From assembly GCF_018977255.1 (NCBI RefSeq), contig NW_024704742.1, positions 49,044,001-49,108,000 of the forward strand: a stretch of DNA of 64,000 bases, written 5' to 3'. Origin of the DNA: Callorhinchus milii. Taxonomy: Eukaryota. A model generated the notes under the pieces. That model was not told the origin of the DNA. It was given only the letters and a program-made list of their open reading frames with translations, and searched no databases. The position numbers were made by a program, and so were the translations under genes. Of the stretch, positions 52,764 to 64,000 are shown piece after piece. The first letter of the stretch is position 1; each line of letters begins with the position of its first letter.

Positions 52764-54937
52764 TACAAAAACATAAAATCAGATTATTTTGCTCTGTGCG
52801 ACTCATAAATCTGATCGTTATCTAATCTCAGCTGTAAGAATATTTTGTTTTGAAATCTAAGGTTACACAGGTTCGTGAAAAGTTCTTAGGTTAATTTGGA
52901 ATTTTAATTTGCAGTCTTAAATTGGAAAACAATTCTTTTTAAGCATTGGGGAAAACATTGCTAACAAATTAGTCTGATTTTTGCACAATTCTGAGTCATC
53001 TTAAATTTTAAGACAAAATGGCTTTACAGGATAAGACTCTGTAGGATTTCAGGCTCCGTGGATTGAATTTCTTGAATGTGACCCAGTGTTATTTTGCTCC
53101 ATTTGTTACATTTGGTTGATTTGTCCCCATGCGCTTACAAACATACAACTTTTCTATTGATGTTTGATGGGAAATCACTACCAATCATGCAGTATGAATG
53201 GAAGGGGTGGTGGGGGGAACTAATATGAATTGCACGTCTATCTGGCAATGTGATTTTCACCCATTTCAGTCCTTGTGAATCACCTGGGACTCACTCTTTT
53301 TTATTCAAAACTCTCAATTGAACACCAACAACAACAAATTACATTTGTATAGTGCCTTTCACGTCGGGATGACATCCTAAGGCACTGAAATGCTCAATAG
53401 CTTGAAGGTGTGCTTTGTAATGTTACTATGTATAGATCTGATCACGCGACCAGCTCTTTATTAACAGTAAAAAATGAACACCAAATTTCCTTCTTGTACA
53501 CATGTTCCAAGTTGCTATTTGGCAGGACTCCAAGTTCGGACACTTGTTTTATTATGGTGTTAATTTGATTTGACTTTACATGGAACATATCTCTAACTTC
53601 CTGCTTCATATTGTGGTACTGCTGGGAAAAGAGCCTTAATTTGATACAATTATAACAGCATAATTTAGTTTTATATTTATAATGTCATGTTATTTATAAT
53701 TTTAAATTTTATTACATTTATTTATAAGCATACTGGAACAAATTTGCTACACTGACCAAATGAAGTAGACTAGTGCATATCAATGAATTGGCTACATGGA
53801 GAGAATGGAACAGAATAACCCCAACAAATCTGTATTACCTTCTCCTGACTGAATAACATGAGACAACACAGAATCGGTGATTCAATTTGTGGTTACAAAA
53901 CATAGACCCCCAATATTATGCTGCACAATGAATCAAAGAGAAGCTGCAAGTTTTAAACAATTCAATTTGAACTTCAATCAGCATTACCAGTATCTAGTCA
54001 GAGTTCCATTGAAAAAAAATGGTCAAATCAAACATCATTTTAGAGCTAAGTAGGATATTGGTAACGCAATACTATAACAGCGCACTGATAAATACCTGAA
54101 CCAGGAGAGGCTATTTACAGGAGAATGCTTTTCACGTGTAAGTATTTGGTGAACAGTTGGTTGTTGGATCTTGGTACCTGTCTCTAGGTTTATCCAGAGT
54201 CCCATCAAATGTGAGATGTGTAACTCGGGCCTCTGCAATGTTAACTTGAGAGTAAATCTAGACCCAGGTGTAATTTCTGCCCCCCAAAATAGAAGTGTTT
54301 CACAACTGGACTTAGTTGTTCAGTATCTGCACACTGTATCTTCATTGTGGATCTATTTTCCAATGGTTACACTGTTCAAATATATTTGGAACCCCATTTG
54401 CCATAAGGCATCCGAGCACTAATTCCTCTGTACCTGGTTTGTACGTAACGTATTATTTGTATCTCCATCTATTGTAATGTCAGCAGTAAAATGTGATAAT
54501 GTGTTTTCCATCCACACTTCCAACTAATTTTTGTACTGTGTACAACCGAATTCAGACTTTAAAGAATGCATTATCACCGGGCCTTCTTCATCTACAGTCC
54601 AGATATAAGAGTGCTCGTGCTATTTGATAGAATTATACAACATTACAACCTGTCCCAAGTATTTTTCTCCACATGAACCAATCCAATCCCATTCTCCGAC
54701 TCTCCCGCCAAACTGTTTAATATTCCTTCTCACATGTAAGGAACTTTAAAAAATGCATTCTGCTTCAATTATAATTTTTGGCAGAAAATTCCGCATTTTA
54801 TGGAGTCCCTAAATTTTTTTTCTAACCTGCCCTTTTAACCCTCCCGACACCCGTAATTTTGAGTGAAAGGTGGAACAGGGACAAATTCTTTCTAAAATTG
54901 TTGAACGAATATTGTAATGCTGTCTGTCCGGAGTGCT

Positions 54938-54956
54938 TGCTGCCATCTCGTGGTCA
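54938..54956 (-). promoter_or_regulatory. CTCF motif (TGACCACGAGATGGCAGCA)
   Basis: Near-consensus match. Confidence 0.55.
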
Positions 54957-55199
54957 GAACTGTTCAATCTCAAATGTTGTGGACATTTGTTAATGTCTCA
55001 TCTTGGTGAAACCCTGCCATTGGGATAACAATGATCTACATCTGAACAGCAGGTTTCACATAACAGAACTAAAACATTGCAAGCAGCTTTGGGGAAGCAT
55101 AAGGCAAAGGCATTGTGTGTCAGTCTGGCGTAGTCAGTAGCACTCTCGTCTCTGAGCCAGAAGGTTGTGGGTTCAAGTTCCATGTCAGTACTTGAACTC

Positions 55200-55470
55200 A
55201 CAACAAAAACAGAAGTCGCTGGGAACACTCAGCAGCTCCGGTAGCATCTATGGAGAAAGGAAAGTGAGTCAATGTTTCGGGTCCATGACCTTTCGTCAGA
55301 AACTGGGGCATGTTTGTAGGGAGAGGCTTTTAAGGTCTAACAGAGAGGGGGAAGTTAGGGCAAGGAAGACAAAGGAGAAAATGGGATAGAGGACAGGGGA
55401 TGATGATCCCATTTTGATGAGCTCTCCACCCCATTTTCTCCTTTGTCTTCCTTGTCCTGCCTTTTAAGAG
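55200..55470 (-). mobile_element. Penelope-like terminal-repeat fragment with a short inverted segment, following a family B SINE head (55119-55200)
   Basis: Reverse complement aligns with 36605-36810. Confidence 0.65.
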
Positions 55471-55589
55471 GAGCTTTCTTTGCAGTTGCAATATTTGACC
55501 TGCAGAGGGGGTTAAGTAATCAGGAAAAAAAAGGAAGTTTTTCACCTTACAGTTGTAACTCAAGTCTGCTCTGACAGGGGACAAGGGAG

Positions 55590-55790
55590 TGAATGGGATT
55601 AAAGGCTTTTGTTCTTGAGTTTCGATGTTGGGGAAATGAAGCAGGGTGGTGTTTGAGTGGAGGGAACGATCAGGGACGTAGGGTTTCAGGAGGTCACAGA
55701 GGTAAGGTGGGGCAAGACCATGGAGGTGTTTGAATGTGAAGGTGAGAATCTTGAATTGCATCCACTGAGGATAGGGAGCCAGTGGAGTCA
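55590..55790 (-). mobile_element. L2 fragment
   Basis: QFKILTFTFKHLHGLAPPYLCDLLKPY in the minus-strand ORF. Confidence 0.75.
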
Positions 55791-56133
55791 AAGAGGGCGA
55801 GGCTGACAGCTGATGTGAGAGAGGACTGCAAGACTCAGAGGTCTCATACAATAGAAGGAGGCACCAGATGGCAGAAAGTTATAGAAATTAAGAAATCTGC
55901 ACTGTGAAAGAAGAAAGAGGCACTCGCTGTGTTCCATTTCTCAATGTGAAATGGGAATGATGAACTTCATTTTGTTTTGATCAGCCGAGTGTCTGACACC
56001 AGCATCACCATGCTTAAGACTATCCAATCCAGACTGAGAGTTTCACAAGTATATGCCACATAGATGGAAATTTCCCAGTGTCTGACATGGAATGTGCACT
56101 CATTCCCTGAAGAGACACACCTTGCTTATCCAC

Positions 56134-57226
56134 TTTGTCTCTGCAAACGGCTTCTCCTCCAGCCCCCCCACGGTGTTCCTCAGGGCTCTGTCCTCGATCC
56201 CCTCCTCTTCACCCTCTACATGCTCCCCCTTGGTGACATCATCCACAGACATGTGGTAAATTTCCACATGTATGCGGATCACACCCAACTCTATCTCTCT
56301 GCCTCCACCCACCACTGGCGTCCTGACCGACTACCTGTCCGATATTAAGTCCTGGGTGAGGGACAACTTTCTCCAACTGAATGTCAGCAAGACCAAGGCC
56401 CTCCTGATTGCCTCCACACCTCGGGCACTGGCAGCATCAGCCTCCACGGCTGCACACTCAACCTCACTGAGCCAATCAGGAACCTGGGTGTCTTCTTTGA
56501 CCCCGAACTGTACTTTCTCCCCCACATCCACGCCATGACCGGCACTGCCTACCACCACCTCCTCAACATTGCCAGACTCCGCCAGTGCCTCACTTCTCAG
56601 GCTGCCGAAACCCTTACCCACGCATTTGTTACATCAAGGCTCGATTATGGAAACTTCCTCCTCATTGGCCTTCCCAACTCTTCCTTCCACAGGCTGCAGA
56701 TCATCCAGAACTCTGCAGCTCGTGTCCTCTCCCGCACTATGCTCCATAACCCTATCACCCCCATCCTTGCCCAACTGCACTGACTCCCCATCACACAGAG
56801 GATACAGTTCAAGATCCTGGTCTTCACCTACAAAGTCCTCCATGGTCTTGCTCCCCCCTACCTCTGCGACCTCCTAAACCCCTACCATCGTGTTCACTCC
56901 CTCTGCTCAGCAGGCTCCGGCCTGCTTCAGGTCCCCCACCTTGCTTGCCCCACTATTGACGGGCCTTCTGCCCCTCTGCCCCCACTCTCTGGAACTCCAT
57001 CCTGCAGTCCCTCCATCTCGCCTCCTCCCTTGCCTCCTTCAAGATCCATCTCAAGACCCTCCTCTTTGACCATGCTTTCGATCTCCCTGCTTCCCCCACT
57101 GCCCTCTATCCTCCCCCACCCCAACCCCCCAGCTCGGGTCTGTAACTATGTCTGTCCAGCGCCTTGGGACGTCCTTCCGATGTGAAAGGCGCTTTACAAA
57201 TGTAATTTTGTTGTTGTTGGTGGTGG
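56134..57226 (+). mobile_element. L2-clade LINE, 5'-truncated, inserted in an older unclassified repeat
   Basis: [43 protein letters not shown]; (TTG)n tail. Confidence 0.92.
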
Positions 57227-57527
57227 TGAGGCGGGAGTGCGCACTAGGAGTGTGGGGGAGTCTACACTAGATCGGAATTCCGGATACCTGTATGTGTATT
57301 TTTTTTGGGGTACCGCTGGAGTTTAACCAGCTGAAACTGCATAGCTTACCATTAAGTGCACTGTCTGGTAAGCTTCCCATTGCTTGTCAAGCTAAGACCA
57401 CCTTACCTGCTACGCTTTGGCTTGCAAGATTAACAGCAGACAAGTGGGAAGAATTACGGATTCCAGTGATCGGTGCTTCATAAACAAGGGAAGACAGCAG
57501 TGGAAACTAAGTACTAAAATTCAACAA

Positions 57528-57706
57528 CAGTAAACTCCTGATAACTCGATCCTGGCCTAACTTGTCGCAACCACTTAAGTCATCATGTTGTCAATATCCC
57601 GGCCCCATTTATTTATTGATTGATACACATGTCTAACTCCCTACTCTGAATAGCTCCCACTCTGAGCCCTTCTCCCTTGGGGTGACAAGTTATCAGGAGT
57701 TTACTA
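57528..57706. mobile_element. Tigger/pogo-like MITE
   Basis: Perfect 18-bp inverted repeat AGTAAACTCCTGATAACT (57529-57546 / 57688-57705), left end CAGT, no ORF. Confidence 0.7.
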
Positions 57707-58169
57707 TATTCAATCAAATAACCAGATCAGTACCCAGTAGTGTCTAATTTATAATATTTGTAAATGTGCTCATTGTGAATCACAGTTAGTAACTATGAGA
57801 TTATTATATTTGTGGTGAAATCCCGAATCAGCCCAGTGAGAAAATAGGCCAGTAAACAAATCTAGTTTGCTAATATTACAATTTAGATTCCTGTGAAGGG
57901 CATGAAACATTAGACCTGAGGATTTACTGGACTTAACTAAAGATTGCTAGCATGAGTATTGGAGGAGAGCATGTGACCATTCCTCTGTTACTATTTAAGT
58001 ATGATTTCACAGGACAGTAAATATGTTGATGTAAGTTACCAGAGTTAACTGACAGGCTGGATGAGGTATGCTGTCATCCCAGCCTTGCTTCAAATAGTAG
58101 GCTCTCTTCTTGTCAATGTTGCGGAGGCTACTTCCTGGGTGTCGAGTGACTTCCTATGTAACATTTTGA

Positions 58170-58640
58170 TGTCAGCCTGACTCAGTTGGTAGTACTCTTG
58201 CCCCTGAGTCACAAGGATATGGGTTCAAGGCCCATATCGGGTATTTGAGTTCATATCCTAGGCTGACACTCAAATACAGTGCTGGCCGGGCTGCCATGTT
58301 GAAAGTGTTGTCTTTCAGAGGAGATACAAACCTGAGGTCCCATGCGTCTGTTCACATGTACGTTAGAGATCCCATGGTACTATTTGAAAGGAAATGGAGC
58401 TTCTTACAGTGTTCTGGACAACAATACCCCAGATAAAATTGGTCATTCACTTTATGGTTGTTGTAGGGTGTTGCTGTGTGCAAATTGACTGCCATGTTCA
58501 TCTATAAAATATAGAGTCACTACACTACAACAACAACAAGATTCCATTTATAGAGCTATACTATACAGTAAATGTTGTGAAGCGTTTTGAGACATCCTCC
58601 AGATGTGAAGAGGCTATATTAAATGCAAATGCAAGGATCA
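58170..58640 (+). mobile_element. Family B Deu-SINE, near full length
   Basis: Same modules as the 46232-46695 copy. Confidence 0.85.
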
Positions 58641-60261
58641 CCTTTCTCTGTTGTATTGCAGTTCCATAATTTGATGCCTTTTTATTTGTGTTCCCTGCAG
58701 TCCTGAGAATTTCTGTCCAGCCTGAATATTTATTCACTTTTTGCCTTTCAATGGCCCATTGTGGTTGGAACATAAGAACATGGGCTTGTGAAGGACTGGA
58801 AAATACAACCACAGCCCATCTGGCTGGTCCCACTTGGTAAATTTAAACTTAATCTCCACGAATACTTCCGTGTGCTTTCTGCACTATGTGACAAGTGTAC
58901 AAAGTTCCACTGTGAAAAACGTGCCTTTTCATTTTATACCTTTTTACTACCACCAGTGTAATAACTCACTCCATTGTGTATGCATGTCAAGTGCCTCATT
59001 TCTGCTCATTGAGCCGGTGAATGTGAATCATTTCAAGTAACATCCGATTGAATGGTTTAACTTACTGAGAGCAGTGCGTTAAAACCCACTGAAGCTGAAA
59101 ACGTGTGAAAGGGTTTTGCGTTAACTGCACGGGTTACCTGTCTGAAATGCCTTCACATCTGAACGCCCTTTATTTTGCACATGTAGATAGAGTATGTGCA
59201 AAGAATGAAAAGCTAGATTAAAAAAGCAATGGAAGATTATTAAAATGAACAAAAACAGCATGTAAAGAAGATCAGAAAATAAATGTAGAAAAGAGCAATA
59301 AACGGAATGAATAAAATGAAAAAAGGACTCTTTTTTTTAAAAAAAACTGTTGTTACAAGATAGAATAAAAATGCAAAGGAATCAAAACAGAACAGTGGAA
59401 AGGAGAAGCAAGTACATGGATTCACTTTACAGTCTATTCTGTGAAGCGCTTTGAGACATTGAGAAGACGTGAAAAAGCGCTATATCAAATGCAAAGTTTA
59501 TTATTATTAAGGATGGGTGGGACCGGCACAACTCCAAGCTACTGAATCAGTCTTTTTGTAACATTTTATTTAATGCCACAGATTTATTTTTGAGGAAAGA
59601 ATGTTTTGGCACAACCTCTCCGTGAAGGCCTGTGACTAGATACAAAATCATCACTGAATTAAAAAACAGAGTTTGCACTTATTGAAACAACCTGAAAATG
59701 TGTGAAAATGATTCATTCCCTAGCACTGACATTCAGCAAAAATACAAATTCCAATATTATAACACAAACACTCCCCCTAAACCCTCTTCCTATTCCACAG
59801 CTCAGTGGGTACTGATATTATTTTTGCATTATTAACTATCCATCAATAATTATAATTCATATTGTTAACATTTTAGAAATGTTTCTGTTACATATAGAAA
59901 GTATGAATATAACGTGTCAGCCTGGCTCACCTGGTAGCACTCTGGTAAAAAAAGATAGTGAATTCAAGCTCCATGAGTTCATTGTCTAGGCTGACATGCC
60001 TGTTCAGCATACGTGGTACTTTATGTTGTTTGAGGTGCTGTCATTCAGATGAGATGCTAAATTGAAGTCCTGTCTACAGGTGAACATTAAAAATCCCATG
60101 ACATTATTTGTGAAACCTTCCTGTGTGATAAATGACTAGCATGTTTGTCAATAAATACACAACAGTCACAGCACTACACAGCAATTGCATGTGAACCATT
60201 TCAAGAATTGTGACATTATTGTGCCCTGTAACAAATGTGAGAATTATGATATGAAGAAGTA

Positions 60262-60280
60262 TAGCACCACCTTGTGGATC
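60262..60280 (-). promoter_or_regulatory. CTCF motif (GATCCACAAGGTGGTGCTA)
   Basis: Near-consensus match. Confidence 0.5.
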
Positions 60281-60669
60281 AATCGTTTATTAGCAAAGCT
60301 GTTCTTTCTGTGCTGGTGATGTGTATGTATACTGTTCAGTTTAAAGTTTGTGCGATACATGATGCAAATACTGTAATAATTTCAGGTAATAAATTACAGT
60401 AAAACTTGTAATGAATGCCTAGAATCTATTTAATAATTTAATTTCTTTCAAATATAAAAATAATAAAAATGTAAAGCGGAAGTATAGAATATTAAAAAAG
60501 CGGGTCAGAGGGGCTGAGTGCAGGGGGAATGGGGTGGAGGGGGAGAAGGACCAGGACAGAAGGGGGAACAGAGAAATGGGGTAGAGGAGGATGGGAGCCA
60601 GAGGGAGACACCCCTGATGGTGTAGTGAATAGAGCTGCACCTTATGGACCAGTAGCTGGCATGCAGTTT

Positions 60670-60997
60670 ATAATAATAATAATAATAATCCTTGCATTTG
60701 ATATAGCGCTTTTCACGTCGGGAGGACGTCCCAAAGCGCTTCACAGAACACACTGTAAAGTGAATTGACTGTATATTTGTGGGCGAACGCGGCAGCCAAT
60801 TGCGCACAGCAATGTCCCACAAACAGTCGTAGATTGAAAATGACCAATTTAATTATTGTTTTTGTTTTTTGGAGGGATTATTATTAGGCTCTGTGTGGAG
60901 TAAGGAAACTTGCCCAAGGTTTCGCCCTCTGCCTGGAATTGAACTCAGGTCTCTCACTTGCAAAGCGTGTGCTCTAACCACTGAGCTACAGGACTCC
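60670..60997 (-). mobile_element. Family A SINE, short form, young
   Basis: Reverse complement nearly identical to 7105-7422. Confidence 0.92.
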
Positions 60998-60999
60998 AC

Positions 61000-61640
61000 G
61001 TTTGTCCTGTTCCAGGCGTTAATTACCCGCTGGGTAAAGAAATACTTCCTGGTATCTTTGCAACTCTTTACTTAAACCCCCTTTTTGTCATGCCTTGGTG
61101 CATCTGAAGGTATTGTTTGGAATTTGTTTTTTCAATCCCATTTAAAATGTTATATACTTCTCTAAGATTCGTCTGACACAACGGCTTTCAAGCCTGAAGA
61201 TCCCCAGCTTTTTTATTCATTCCTAACGCTCATTCCTCTAAGGCTGAGAATCATCCTCGTCGCTTTGCTCTGCAATGTCTCTACAGCCTGGTCAGACCCG
61301 TTATTTCATGGTGACCGGAACTGTATGCAGTACTCTAGATGTGGCCTGACCAGAGAACTCTATGATTTTGAGTATGACTTCTGGAGATCTAAACTCAACT
61401 GATAAAGAGTGATATGACATGGAAACAGTGCATTCAGCCCATCTAGTCTGTGCCAGTGTTTATATTCCACACAAATCCCCAGCACTCCTCTTCCCCTCTC
61501 CTACACACATCTATTCCCTTGTCCCTCATGCATGAATTCCTATAGCCCAGCTTCCTGTTAGCCTTGTTTATTGCTGCCTCACATTGTTTTGACTTGCTGA
61601 ACAATGAGCCAACTAATACCCCAAGATATCTTTCAGCCAA
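61000..61640 (-). mobile_element. Degenerate CR1 fragment(s)
   Basis: gaccggaactgtatgcagtactctagatgtggcctgacc; YLGVLV...QCEAAINKANRKLG. Confidence 0.7.
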
Positions 61641-62439
61641 TTCTATAGCCAAGGACTGAAGCTTGTAAGCATATCTCCACCAGCAAAGATTCTGTTGCCG
61701 TCTGTGATAAAAAGAAAAAAAAACATTGTTTTAATGGAGTTGTACACACAAATAGGACAGAAATACTGTGATACTATTCGAAAAAAGTAAGTTTCTCTCA
61801 CAGTCCTGGCCAACAATTCCCCAAATGTAATTGGTACTCACTTTATAGCTGTTTGTGGGACACTGCTGTATGCAAATTGGCTGCTGGGTTCACCTACAAA
61901 AAAAATTAAAGTCAATCTACGTTACAGTATATTCTGTGAAGTGATTTGAGTCGTCCTCCTAACATGAAAGGCACTATATCAAATGTAAGGATTATTGTTA
62001 TAAACACAATATACTGTATCACTAATATTAAAATATAAATCATGCAATAGAAAAATAAAATCTTTACCTTTTCATATACTTAATTATCCATTATGTAGTA
62101 CTTCAATTATACAATAATAATAATAATAATAGTAATCCTTGCATTTGATATAGCACCTTATCATGTCGCCGAAACATCTCAAAGCACAACAAAGAATATA
62201 CTGTAAAGTGGATTGACCATGTATTCTGTGTGCCAGGTCAGCCTGGCTCAGTTGGCAACACATGTCTTTGGGTCAGGGAATTTGTGGGTTCAATCCATTT
62301 TTGAAACTTGGGACTCATAATCTGGGCTTATACTTCAGTGCAGTACTGGGACAGCACTAAATTGTTAGGGGTGCTATGTTACAGAGGAGATGTTAAACTG
62401 AGAATTTGTCCATCTGCTCAGGTGGACGTTTCAATGGCT

Positions 62440-62835
62440 GAGTTAAGGCGGAGGTTATAAGGAACTTTTTCACTCGGATGGCTGTTACGACATGGAATAC
62501 TGTGTCACAAGTGACCATTAAAGCAGAGATCACAATAACATTTAAACAGGAATCAGATAACACTTGAAGAGGATCATATACATTTAAACAGGAATCAGAT
62601 GACACTTGAAGAGGATAATCATTTGTGTTAGGTAAAGAGATATTTGTTAGGGAAGGGTAATTAAGCACTCAGAAACACTACCCTACGTGGAAGGCACTAT
62701 ATAAGTGCAAGTTGTTGTTAGGTATCAAGGGATATGGGGCAAAAGTGGGTAATTAGAATTGAGGTACAGATCAGCTATGATCTAATAAAATGGTGGAACA
62801 GGTTCGAGGGGCTGAATGGCCTCCACCTGTTCCAA
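62440..62835 (+). mobile_element. CR1 3' fragments
   Basis: aggaactttttcactcggatgg...tggaatac; tail gatcagctatgatct...aggggctgaatggcct, like 49925-49990. Confidence 0.7.
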
Positions 62836-63079
62836 ATAAAAAAAGATAAAAGCATATAAGGGAAATGGGATTTGAGTAGTCAACTCTAGTGGAGGAGGTG
62901 AGATGGCAAGCAGTGGAAGGACAGGGCCCAACTACAAGGGTTTAAGGCTGAGGCTTGTCACACCAGTGGCCAGACATTGACAAAACTAACTTTTCTGCGA
63001 TGCTATCATTGTCACTGAAGAAAAACAATGGGCAAATTTGACCAATGATAGTTATATTATATCAGCATTTTCATCCATA

Positions 63080-63390
63080 TCCCTGGAGCTCAGATATGCA
63101 TTTAGATTCTTCGGATGAGATGTTAAACCGAGGTCCCACCTGTCTATTCAGGTGGATATTAAAGATCCCATGGCACGACTTGAAAAAGGAAGGGATTTTT
63201 TTCCAGGGTCTTGGCCAACAATCTCCCAAATAAAATTGTTCATTCCCTTCATGGCTGTTTGTGGGACATTGCTGTGTGCAACTTGGCTGCCGTGTTTGCC
63301 CACAAAGCATCTACAGTTACACCACTTTACAGGATATCCTGTGAATCGCTTTGGGACACCCTCCTGATGTCCAATGCAAGGATTATATGC
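63080..63390 (+). mobile_element. Family B Deu-SINE 3' part
   Basis: ggatgagatgttaaaccgaggtccc, Deu domain and tail. Confidence 0.8.
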
Positions 63391-64000
63391 TCTTAAATTC
63401 TAGTTCAGGAAGAGTGAAAAGATGGACCCGTTACGAAATGGTTTTCAAAGTTTGCGATTTTTGAAAAAAAAATGGATTTGAGTCTAAACTCAGAATTCCT
63501 AAAACTTGCCATTTCCAGAGACAGAAACTTGAATTTCTGCCCAGGGGTTGTACATTCTGATCTGATGTGACTGGCATTAAAACTTTCCAGTTCTTGGCTT
63601 CGGATTCAAACTGAATTGAAATATTTCCAGACTTTTGTGCAGTCTTAAATTATATAACCAATTGGTTTTTCAGGCTAAATTTGGGTGTCATTTCAGGCCT
63701 TATCTGCTCTGTTGCATATCTAAGCGCGCTGAAACCCATGTGTAGGACGCTATATAAATGCAAGTTGTTGTTATTGATTCAATATGGATACTGGTGTAAG
63801 CTATTTTACATTGCTAGCATAGTTTTATTACTTCCAAGTCAAAATAATTTGCTGCAGCAAATGTGAACAGTGCCCTCAGCTATTTATTAATGGTTCAAAT
63901 TAATTGTTGAGGGAACTATTCATGTCTGCCTGATGATTTTAAAACTTTAAGGCTGATTCTTATTTTTAAATTCATGTTTTACTGAAACTGATGAGATAAT

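Noticed and set aside
62538..62615. ~36-bp tandem duplication ACATTTAAACAGGAATCAGAT..CACTTGAAGAGGAT
   Set aside because: A simple internal duplication in a dead CR1 fragment with no sign of function.
34500..64000. SHISA3 or another gene expected from synteny
   Set aside because: No recognisable exon or CpG-island promoter found; it probably lies beyond the window.

Overview
Vertebrate genomic DNA, most likely from a cartilaginous fish (inferred from its Deu-domain SINEs, CR1/L2 LINEs and Penelope-type repeat ends; the species cannot be determined). There are two protein-coding genes, arranged tail to tail. The last coding exon of SLC30A9 is at 664-708 (+). The complete coding sequence of BEND4 is on the minus strand in five exons (32299-31780, 21692-21135, 19308-19217, 15347-15107, 13402-13182), all with GT-AG boundaries and matching phases, giving 1632 nt / 543 aa. 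The first BEND4 coding exon lies in a small CpG island with PBX-MEIS/PREP, CCAAT and GC-box motifs, flanked by about 1.3 kb and 1.5 kb of TG-rich tandem repeat. The rest is intronic or intergenic and rich in retroelements: two tRNA-headed Deu-SINE families, 5'-truncated L2 and CR1 copies, Penelope-like ends with minimal hammerhead ribozyme motifs, MITEs and unclassified repeats. The most notable observations are the hammerhead motifs, a LINE/SINE shared 3' stem-loop with a compensatory base-pair change, recurrent 24-40 bp locally copied sequences at retroelement junctions, a 43-bp-arm hairpin, an unclassified ~600 bp repeat family with a conserved hairpin plus oligo-A end, and a cluster of co-oriented CTCF motifs. 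I cannot demonstrate a wholly new biological system from the sequence alone. Repeat boundaries are approximate and were read by eye.
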